Shown here: in pieces, positions 10,244 through 17,088 of the stretch
How the letters are laid out: each line of letters opens with the position of its first letter
Position numbering within the stretch: the stretch's first letter is position 1
Assembly: GCA_049975265.1 (NCBI GenBank)
Contig: JBNGDF010000040.1
Coordinates: forward strand, 1 to 17,141
DNA length: 17,141 nucleotides
Origin: Fidelibacterota bacterium
Lineage (GTDB): Bacteria; Fidelibacterota; UBA2242
Reading direction: 5' to 3'
Program-made: the position numbers and the translations under genes
Notes under the pieces: generated by a model
What the model was told of the DNA's origin: nothing
Database searches by the model: none
The model's input: only the letters and a program-made list of their open reading frames with translations

Positions 10244-10783
10244 CTATGATTCGATAATCAGACTGAATGCAGTGGTCAGTTTCAGAACATTTTGATTCGC
10301 CTGTTTCAGGCGATTGCTCAGCACTCTGGCGATGTTCTGCATGACCCGGTTCCCGATTTCGGGGTGCTCGTTGCAAATTTTAAAGAATTGATCCTTATCA
10401 ATTTTTGCTATACCGCAGGATGAGGCGGCTTTGACGGTGGCGCTGCGCTTATCGTCGTCGCTGAAGAGACTCATTTCGCCGAAAAAGGGGCGAAAATCGC
10501 TGGCGAGGGTAATCAGACTTTTTTCGCGGGTGTCCGTCTGGGACAGATCGGTTTTCAGGGTCAGCGCCTGCGATATTTCCACTTTGCCTTCCAGCAGAAT
10601 CAGAATCGAGTCACCGGAGTCGCCCTCCTGAATGATGACATCGCCCTTATTGTAGCACAGCGGCATGATAACCTGGCAGAACCGGTCGATCTGGTCCTCC
10701 GTCAACCCGGCGAAGATCTCGTAATCTTTCAGGATTTGAGGATTGTATTCGCAGCTGTTTTTGTGAATTTTTTTGATTTTCAT
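10244..10783 (-). CDS. Standalone cyclic nucleotide-binding domain protein (no HTH or catalytic domain)
   Basis: 179 aa with CNBD signatures: IFAGL, KGDVIIQEGDSGDSILILLEGKVEI, phosphate-binding cassette FGEMSL...RSATV and a C-terminal helix. Its ATG overlaps the channel gene's stop codon (TGATG at 10781-10785). Confidence 0.9.
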   Translation of the reverse strand: MKIKKIHKNSCEYNPQILKDYEIFAGLTEDQIDRFCQVIMPLCYNKGDVIIQEGDSGDSILILLEGKVEISQALTLKTDLSQTDTREKSLITLASDFRPFFGEMSLFSDDDKRSATVKAASSCGIAKIDKDQFFKICNEHPEIGNRVMQNIARVLSNRLKQANQNVLKLTTAFSLIIES

Positions 10784-11922
10784 CAGATCAACACCACGGC
10801 TTTTTCGTTTTCCTGAATGACATAGTCGTCACCGGGATTCAGGTTGACGACGGTTTTATTCTCTTCGCCCAGCGTGCGTCCAGCTTCTTTCAGTTTTCGT
10901 TCGATGAAGGCGTCGAGGTGGCTCGAATCCGATGACAGAAAATCCGAAATACCGACGGATTCGATTTCTGTAATCACTCCCAGCAGAATCTTTTGCTGCG
11001 TTTTGAAATATTCGAAAAGCTCCTTGAAGGATTTGCCGACCAAACGGGTCGGAATTGCCAGCATGGCGATGCGGTGGTCGCTGCGGACGTTGAAAAGGGT
11101 ATTGATGACATCGGACAGCCCCGGTTCGGCGATATCACCGGCGAGAATATAATCGATGAACTGGTCGCTGACGATGACCTCGTCGGCTTTGGCGCGCTTG
11201 ACATGCACCTCATTCTCCGCCACCATAATGAAGGCGATGACCTTCTTTTTTGGATAACTGGATTTGATATTCAGCGTCGCCAGCAGCGTCTTCTCGTCCG
11301 CCACCAGTGCGTCGTATTGATACAGATTGGGCAGCAGGATAATCGTATTGGCGTCACGGATATTGGCGCGTTCCAGCGGCGCATTGCGGGTGTAGTCGCC
11401 ACGGATAAATTTCACCTTCTGTTTCCGGAAGCGATCCAGAATACTATTGATCTCCTCCTCGGGCAGCTCATTGACCAGAATGACCCGCGGCGGGCGGCTT
11501 TTCGACAGGGAAAAGAGCGTCTCCAGAATGGATTCCGCCTTGCTGTTCCAGCCGCAGATGATGATGTGGTTTTCATAATCGATGGATTCCAACCCCTGAT
11601 CCTCCCTGATTTTACGGGCAACGAAAATCGATGAAATCGTAGCCGTGATTAAGGACACCAGCGTGACTCCGGACATCATGACAAAGATTCCCACCAGCCG
11701 TCCGCCGATGGTAATTGGGCGGATGTCTCCATAGCCGACGGTAAAAATGGTGACCAGTGCCCACCAGACCGAATCCCACAGTCCCCGGTATTCCTCGGGA
11801 TTCTGATGGTTTTCAAAATATAAAACCAGCGCGGCTGCCAGAATCGTCACCAGCATCAGCGCCAGGAAGATTCTGAAAATCGCCTTGCTGAAAATTGATT
11901 TTAAGGTCTCTATAAAACCCAA
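10783..11922 (-). CDS. Two-TM potassium channel with C-terminal RCK (TrkA-N/TrkA-C) domain, MthK-like
   Basis: Pore helix and filter DSVWWALVTIFTVGYGD (TVGYGD at 11725-11742) flanked by two TM helices, followed by RCK motifs HIIICGWN, FIRGD, LERANI, ADEVIVS and LNPGDDY. I moved the start from the ORF-track 11988 to TTG 11922 (379 aa) because AAGGAG lies at 11934-11939 and the 11988 TTG is part of a -35 box. Confidence 0.92.
   Translation of the reverse strand: MGFIETLKSIFSKAIFRIFLALMLVTILAAALVLYFENHQNPEEYRGLWDSVWWALVTIFTVGYGDIRPITIGGRLVGIFVMMSGVTLVSLITATISSIFVARKIREDQGLESIDYENHIIICGWNSKAESILETLFSLSKSRPPRVILVNELPEEEINSILDRFRKQKVKFIRGDYTRNAPLERANIRDANTIILLPNLYQYDALVADEKTLLATLNIKSSYPKKKVIAFIMVAENEVHVKRAKADEVIVSDQFIDYILAGDIAEPGLSDVINTLFNVRSDHRIAMLAIPTRLVGKSFKELFEYFKTQQKILLGVITEIESVGISDFLSSDSSHLDAFIERKLKEAGRTLGEENKTVVNLNPGDDYVIQENEKAVVLI
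11590..11607 (-). promoter_or_regulatory. Putative internal ribosome-binding site and in-frame TTG start for a soluble RCK subunit
   Basis: Minus strand AGGGAGG (11607-11601), 8 nt, TTG (11592-11590), in frame with the channel at codon 111, in the linker between TM2 and the RCK domain. Confidence 0.5.
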
Positions 11923-11959
11923 TTGTGACCCGCTCCTTAAAAAAACCTGAACAGGAAAG

Positions 11960-11988
11960 ATATTACTTAAAATGAATCTGAAAGTCAA
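11960..11988 (-). promoter_or_regulatory. Putative sigma70-type promoter for the channel/CNBD/valS gene run
   Basis: Minus strand reads TTGACT (11988-11983), 17 nt, TAATAT (11965-11960), and is followed by RBS AAGGAG and the TTG start at 11922. Confidence 0.65.
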
Positions 11989-12086
11989 TCAGGACGAATG
12001 GCGATTTGGTGAATCTCCATTGGTTTTTGACCGTTCCTGTTCTGGTTAGTCATGCTGCAGGAAAGATCGGAATTGAGTGGATCATT

Positions 12087-13001
12087 TCACTGGAAATAGT
12101 GGGCGCCCCGGGGATTGTAGATGATGTTCAGCGCCTTTGGGCAGATCCGAATGTTGAAATTCGCGGCAAAAAACATCTCCCCGTCCATATGATGCGGCAC
12201 CTTTTGATCGAATTTGAGATCGATGGCGTCGGTCCTGAAATAGTGCACCTGCGGATGACTCAGATGACTGCCGCTGGGCACCATGGTGAATATTTTAAAG
12301 CGCTCCAGAAATTTCAGCTCTTTGATCAGGCAGACGTCCAGCAGACCGTCGTTGGCAATCGCCTGGGGCGTCAGAAAATAGCCGGCGGCAAAACGCCGTC
12401 CGATGGCAATCGTCTTGATAAAGCAGTTGCTGATTTCGGTCTGTCCGTTATTCAGCACTGTCATGGGATGTTCATGATATGTCAATAACGTTTTGACAAT
12501 ATGCCAGAGGTATTTATCCTTGCCACCCTTTTTGATGCCATCCTCCGAATAGTTTTGCGCGGCGACTTCCGCATCGAAGCCGATTCCCAGCCCGTTCAGA
12601 AAGTAGTGATCGTTGCAGCGCCCCACGTCCATTTGGATGGTATTTTTCTGAAAGTACGTCGTCCAGTCCGCAACGGTAAAATGATCGGAAAAGCCCAGAA
12701 TCTGGATAAAATCGTTGCCGGTACCCATAGAGACCGGCGCTAAAACAACATCGGCGTGACCCACCACCGCCTGCGCCGCTTCGTTGATGGTGCCGTCGCC
12801 GCCCACCGGGGCAACATATTTATACCCTTTTTCAATGAAATCCCGCGCCAGTTTCGTTGCGTGCCCGACTCCTTCGGTGGTCACTACTTCCGCATCTACG
12901 GCATATTGCTTAATCATGCGTTCAACTTCATCAATGTGGCGACCCGCATAGCCGTTGCCGGCGATGGGATTCACAATAAAAGCCCATTTTTCCAGTCTCA
13001 C
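12087..13001 (-). CDS. Diacylglycerol/lipid kinase family protein (YegS/DagK/BmrU-like)
   Basis: 304 aa with FIVNPIAGNG, TEGVGHA, VGGDGTINE, GTGNDF, MDVG, GIGFDAEV, DGLLDV and DGE motifs. GTG start with GAGGGG RBS. Confidence 0.92.
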   Translation of the reverse strand: MRLEKWAFIVNPIAGNGYAGRHIDEVERMIKQYAVDAEVVTTEGVGHATKLARDFIEKGYKYVAPVGGDGTINEAAQAVVGHADVVLAPVSMGTGNDFIQILGFSDHFTVADWTTYFQKNTIQMDVGRCNDHYFLNGLGIGFDAEVAAQNYSEDGIKKGGKDKYLWHIVKTLLTYHEHPMTVLNNGQTEISNCFIKTIAIGRRFAAGYFLTPQAIANDGLLDVCLIKELKFLERFKIFTMVPSGSHLSHPQVHYFRTDAIDLKFDQKVPHHMDGEMFFAANFNIRICPKALNIIYNPRGAHYFQ

Positions 13002-13025
13002 AATTTGCCCCTCTCTTGATCTATT

Positions 13026-13772
13026 TTAACAATTACGATGATTTTCCCGGACGGCATTTTCGGCAATTTCCAGAATTTCTGCATCGGGCAGATGGTTCAG
13101 GTCCGCCTGTTTCAGAATTGGATGGATGATGATTTCGAGCCGGACTGTCGGATTGATGTGAAAGCGGGTTTTCGGTTTCAGTGAATAAAAGCCGTTTAAT
13201 GTAATCGGCAATATGTCCAATCCGGAGGCTCGCATGATATGCAGGAAGCCCTTTTTAAATGCGCCCAGCTCGCCGGTGACGGTGCGGGTACCTTCCGGGA
13301 AAATCGCCACTGTCAGTCCGTCCCGGGCGTGCTCAATCGCCCGGGCTATGGATTCGCGCGTCTTTTCCCGCTGGCGCGGCTCGATCGGGACGAAGTGGAT
13401 CTTTTTCAGTAAATGCCCGAAGCCGAAAATCTCCACCAGATACTGACGCCCGATCCAGGCGATTCGCGGGATGATTGTCATAATCGCCGGAATATCGTAT
13501 ATACTGGTGTGATTGGCGATCAGAAGATACTTTTTATGTTTGCGGATATGTTCTCTGCCCACAATGCGAATCCGCTTGCCCATCAGCAGAAAAATCCTCT
13601 TCGCCCACAGATACTGACCGATTTCCAGCACCGTTATCCAGCGCAGGTAGCTGATCACGATACCGATGGTAACCATCAGCGCCGTAAAGGTGTATTGCAG
13701 TCCATAGACCAGCAGGGTGTAGACAGTATAGGCGAAGCGCACGTTACTTTGCTTATGTCGGGGTGGAAACAT
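13026..13772 (-). CDS. plsC: 1-acyl-sn-glycerol-3-phosphate acyltransferase (lysophospholipid acyltransferase family)
   Basis: Catalytic NHTSIYD (HX4D) and IFPEGTRT motifs, FKKGF and ILPITL, with an N-terminal hydrophobic segment. I moved the start from ORF-track TTG 13808 to in-frame ATG 13772 because 13808 falls in a -35 box. Family is secure, exact substrate less so. Confidence 0.85.
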   Translation of the reverse strand: MFPPRHKQSNVRFAYTVYTLLVYGLQYTFTALMVTIGIVISYLRWITVLEIGQYLWAKRIFLLMGKRIRIVGREHIRKHKKYLLIANHTSIYDIPAIMTIIPRIAWIGRQYLVEIFGFGHLLKKIHFVPIEPRQREKTRESIARAIEHARDGLTVAIFPEGTRTVTGELGAFKKGFLHIMRASGLDILPITLNGFYSLKPKTRFHINPTVRLEIIIHPILKQADLNHLPDAEILEIAENAVRENHRNC

Positions 13773-13779
13773 GGGGGAA

Positions 13780-13808
13780 ATTGTAAGAAAATTCAGTCCA
13801 AAAAACAA
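13780..13808 (-). promoter_or_regulatory. Putative sigma70-type promoter for plsC-lipid kinase, predicting a leaderless transcript
   Basis: Minus strand TTGTTT (13808-13803), 17 nt, TACAAT (13785-13780), 7 nt, ATG (13772). No Shine-Dalgarno sequence precedes the ATG. Confidence 0.55.
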
Positions 13809-13898
13809 TAATAAAATCGGTTTCCCGGATGTTTTTGTAACCGCTTTTCAAAAATAGTATCAGATAGTCGAATGCACTGAACAGTTGGGGAGATTGAA

Positions 13899-14669
13899 AT
13901 GAGAACGTTGCTTTCCGGCAAATGGTCGTTTTCCATAATATTTCTTTTCCTGGCGGGATTTTTGAGCTGCGGCACCGGGCGCCATCTCAAAACACCCCGG
14001 ACGCCGGACCTGATCCGCAGCAATATCGGTCAGGCGGGTCCGGAGCTGACCATCGAATTTTACCGGGGAAAATATCACAACCACCCCTCCTTTGCCATCT
14101 GGATAGAGGATATGGAGGGGCGTTTTATCGAAACGCTCTTTGTAACCCAATACGCCGCCACCGGAATATTCGGGCATGGCGAGCTGGAGCCGGGTCGCTG
14201 GAAAGCCGAACCCGGACCCGCCGTACGACCGGCGACTCTGCCGTACTGGTTTCACAAACGGGGTGAAAAGAGTGGCATCGTCCCCGATATTCCCACTCCG
14301 GAAAAACCCGTCCCCGACGCCATCAGTGGGGCAACCCCAACGGCGGACTTTCTGCTGAAAACCAACACCGCCGATACCTGTCCCGCCAGGTTTCGTCTGC
14401 TCATGGAGATCAATCAGACCTGGGATTCCAATCATTACTGGACAAACGGAAAGTATCCCGATGACCCCGACTATTTCACCTCTCTGCAACCGGCGCTGGT
14501 ATATGCCGTCACCATTGATCTGGACAGCGGAGTCACGGAATATTTTCTAAATCCCATCGGACACAGCCACTATTCCGGTAAAGACGGCTTACTCTATACC
14601 GATCTGAGCACCTTGAGCAGCGCGCTTCAGATCGCCGAGAAGATCATCGTTCGCATAAACAGCAGGTAA
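13899..14669 (+). CDS. Lipoprotein, DUF2271-like, with putative flavinylation motif
   Basis: 256 aa. Signal peptide ends in lipobox-like FLS-C24. HNHPSFAIWIEDMEGRFIETLFVT and PDAISGATP resemble DUF2271 motifs. GGGGAG RBS. Confidence 0.7.
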   Translation: MRTLLSGKWSFSIIFLFLAGFLSCGTGRHLKTPRTPDLIRSNIGQAGPELTIEFYRGKYHNHPSFAIWIEDMEGRFIETLFVTQYAATGIFGHGELEPGRWKAEPGPAVRPATLPYWFHKRGEKSGIVPDIPTPEKPVPDAISGATPTADFLLKTNTADTCPARFRLLMEINQTWDSNHYWTNGKYPDDPDYFTSLQPALVYAVTIDLDSGVTEYFLNPIGHSHYSGKDGLLYTDLSTLSSALQIAEKIIVRINSR

Positions 14670-14674
14670 AAAGC

Positions 14675-17074
14675 ATGAAAATCGCCAAATATACGATCCC
14701 CCTTTTCCTTTTATTGACTCAGTTATCCGCCCAAAGTGCCGTGATTCGCGGGCGGGTCTTTGACCAGAAAAATAACGATCCGCTGCCCTTTGTGAATGTG
14801 ATCGTCATGGGGCAGGATATCGGTGCCGCCAGCGACCTGGATGGCAATTTTCTGATCACCGGTCTGGAACCCGGATTTTATACTCTGATGGCTTCGTTCA
14901 TCGGTTATAAAATTGCCTACTCTCCGGAAATCCAGGTTAATAATGCCAAATCCGTTTTTATCGAAATTCCCATGGAGCAACAAGCCATCGAATTTGAACA
15001 GGTTACCGTCCGCCCGTCGGAATTTAAGAAAAAGGTCGAAGCACCGCTCTCCGTTCAGAAAATCCGCTTGTCCGATATTGAGAAGGCACCCGGCGCCAAC
15101 CGCGATATCTCCAAGGTGATTCAGTCCTTTCCCGGTGTCGGCTCCACCGTCTCCTTTCGGAATGATATCATCGTACGCGGCGGCGGTCCCGGCGAAAGCC
15201 GCTTTTATCTGGACGGCATCGAAATTCCCAATCTCAACCACTTTGCCACCCAGGGAGCATCGGGCGGTCCCGTCGGCATCATCAATCCCGATTTTATCGA
15301 GTCGGTGGATTTCTATTCCGGGGCGTTTCCCGCCAGTCGCGGCAATGCTCTCAGCGGGGTCTTTGATTTCAAGCAGAAATCGGGCAACCGGGAGCAGAGC
15401 AGCTATCGGGCGGTGGTGGGCGCATCGGAACTGGCGCTGACGATGGATGGTCCGCTGGGTGATAAAAGCAGCTTTCTCTTTTCGGTGCGCCGCTCTTACC
15501 TGCAGTTTCTCTTCGATGCCATCGGCTTGCCCTTTTTGCCGACCTTCAACGATTATCAGTTTAAATCGGAAACCATTTTCGATCAGAAGAATAGGCTGGT
15601 AATCCTCAGCCTTGGTGCGCTGGATCAAAACCGCCTGAATCTGGGCATTCAGAATCCTACAGAAGACCAGCAGTACATTTTGAGCTATCTGCCCGAAAGC
15701 GATCAGTGGAATTACATGATCGGAGCCTCCTATACGCACTTTATGGGCAAGAGCTTTCAGACCTACGTTCTCAGCCGCAATATGCTCCACAATGAGTCTT
15801 TCAAATACAGGGATAATGACGACAGCGACGCCGCGAATAAAATCCAGGATTATATCTCCCGGGAAATCGAGAACAAATTCCGCTTTGAAAACACCTGGCG
15901 TGACCGGGGCTATAAAATCACCTTCGGTGGCGGGCTGGAGTACGTGAAGTATAGCAATTCAACCTATCAGGAACTCTTTCTGAACAACAACCTGTTTATC
16001 CGGGATTATGACTCGGATTTGCAATTTTTCAAATGGGGGATTTTTGGACAGATCAGCAAACCGGTTCTGCGGGATCGCCTGACCCTCTCCTTCGGATTAC
16101 GCAGCGATGCCAACAGTTATTCCCGGAGGATGGCGAAGCTCTTCAGGCAATGTTTACCCCGCTTCTCAGCGTCTTATATTCTTACCAAAAATCTGAATCT
16201 GAATGCCAGCATCGGGCGCTATTACCAACTGCCGGCGTACACGACGCTGGGCTACCGTGATGCAGCCGGCGAGCTGGTCAATAAAACCAACGGTTTGACC
16301 TTTATCGCCGCCGACCATCTGATTGGCGGCGTCGAAATCATTACAGGCGTCGACACACGGATTGCTGTCGAAGCCTTTTATAAACGCTATAGCGATTATC
16401 CGTTCTCGGTGACCGACTCCATCAGTATCGCCTCCAGGGGTGGTGATTTCGGCACCATTGGCGACGAAGAGGTGGTCTCTGCGGGGAGGGGACGCGCCTA
16501 CGGACTGGAAATTTCCGGGCGGTACCGTTTTTTGAGTGACCTGAGCGGAATTTATGCCTACACCTATGTTCGCAGCGAATTTCAGAACGCCACCGGTGAC
16601 TATATTCCCAGCTCCTGGGACAGCCGGCATATTCTGACGCTCACCATGACAAAACCGTTTCGAAACAGCTGGCAGATCGGAACAAAATGGCGGTTTGTCG
16701 GGGGCCCGCCCTACACCCCCTATGACCTCGAGAAGTCCGCGCTGGTGCAGGCGTGGAATTCCCAGGGAAGGGCTTTTCTGGATTATTCCCAATTCAATGC
16801 CCTGCGCCTGAACAGTTTTCTGCAATTGGATGTCCGGTTGGATAAAACCTACGATTTTGACCGTTGGTCGCTGCTGGTCTATCTCGATATTCAGAACGCC
16901 CTGAATTTCAAGTCCCGGCAGCCGGATATTATTATCCCCGCCGCTGATACCGACGGCAATTTCATCGTCATCAACCCGGACGATCCGGTGGAAGAGCAGC
17001 GCTATATGCTCAAACGCATTGCCAATACTACCGGTACGGTCCTGCCGACTATCGGTATTACGGTGGATTTCTAA
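14675..17074 (+). CDS. TonB-dependent outer membrane receptor with N-terminal CarboxypepD_reg-like domain
   Basis: 799 aa. Signal peptide, then IRGRVFD...PLPFVNV...GAASDLDGNFLI (CarboxypepD_reg-like), plug motifs FPGV, IIVRGG, YLDGIEI and YSGAFPASRGNALSGV, amphipathic beta strands, LDVRLDK, DIQNALN and C-terminal GITVDF (terminal Phe). Starts 5 nt after the lipoprotein stop. Confidence 0.93.
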   Translation: MKIAKYTIPLFLLLTQLSAQSAVIRGRVFDQKNNDPLPFVNVIVMGQDIGAASDLDGNFLITGLEPGFYTLMASFIGYKIAYSPEIQVNNAKSVFIEIPMEQQAIEFEQVTVRPSEFKKKVEAPLSVQKIRLSDIEKAPGANRDISKVIQSFPGVGSTVSFRNDIIVRGGGPGESRFYLDGIEIPNLNHFATQGASGGPVGIINPDFIESVDFYSGAFPASRGNALSGVFDFKQKSGNREQSSYRAVVGASELALTMDGPLGDKSSFLFSVRRSYLQFLFDAIGLPFLPTFNDYQFKSETIFDQKNRLVILSLGALDQNRLNLGIQNPTEDQQYILSYLPESDQWNYMIGASYTHFMGKSFQTYVLSRNMLHNESFKYRDNDDSDAANKIQDYISREIENKFRFENTWRDRGYKITFGGGLEYVKYSNSTYQELFLNNNLFIRDYDSDLQFFKWGIFGQISKPVLRDRLTLSFGLRSDANSYSRRMAKLFRQCLPRFSASYILTKNLNLNASIGRYYQLPAYTTLGYRDAAGELVNKTNGLTFIAADHLIGGVEIITGVDTRIAVEAFYKRYSDYPFSVTDSISIASRGGDFGTIGDEEVVSAGRGRAYGLEISGRYRFLSDLSGIYAYTYVRSEFQNATGDYIPSSWDSRHILTLTMTKPFRNSWQIGTKWRFVGGPPYTPYDLEKSALVQAWNSQGRAFLDYSQFNALRLNSFLQLDVRLDKTYDFDRWSLLVYLDIQNALNFKSRQPDIIIPAADTDGNFIVINPDDPVEEQRYMLKRIANTTGTVLPTIGITVDF

Positions 17075-17088
17075 CCAATACGAATGCC

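Noticed and set aside
7670..10249. Plus-strand ORFs of 256, 189 and 218 aa antisense to valS
   Set aside because: These are typical antisense open frames caused by codon bias and have no domain signatures.
10244..10783. Calling the CNBD protein a Crp/Fnr transcription factor
   Set aside because: It ends shortly after the C-helix with no helix-turn-helix domain.
11923..11988. ORF-track N-terminal extension of the channel (MTFRFILSNIFPVQVFLRSGSQ)
   Set aside because: It overlaps the predicted -35/-10 boxes and the AAGGAG RBS. TTG 11922 is the better start.
13801..13825. AT-rich AATAATAAAATC as a possible Fur box upstream of the receptor operon
   Set aside because: Poor match to GATAATGATAATCATTATC and no dyad symmetry.
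13860..14489. 209-aa minus-strand ORF opposite the lipoprotein gene
   Set aside because: The plus-strand ORF has an RBS, lipobox, family motifs and tight coupling to the receptor. This one has none.
14723..15790. 355-aa antisense ORF within the TonB-dependent receptor (also 16166-16825)
   Set aside because: Shadow ORF opposite a well-supported gene, with no recognisable motifs.
1148..17074. D-(S/T)-hydrophobic glycosylation sequons in exported proteins (e.g. DSL, DTL, DSI)
   Set aside because: Three-residue motifs occur frequently by chance and are not evidence of glycosylation by themselves.
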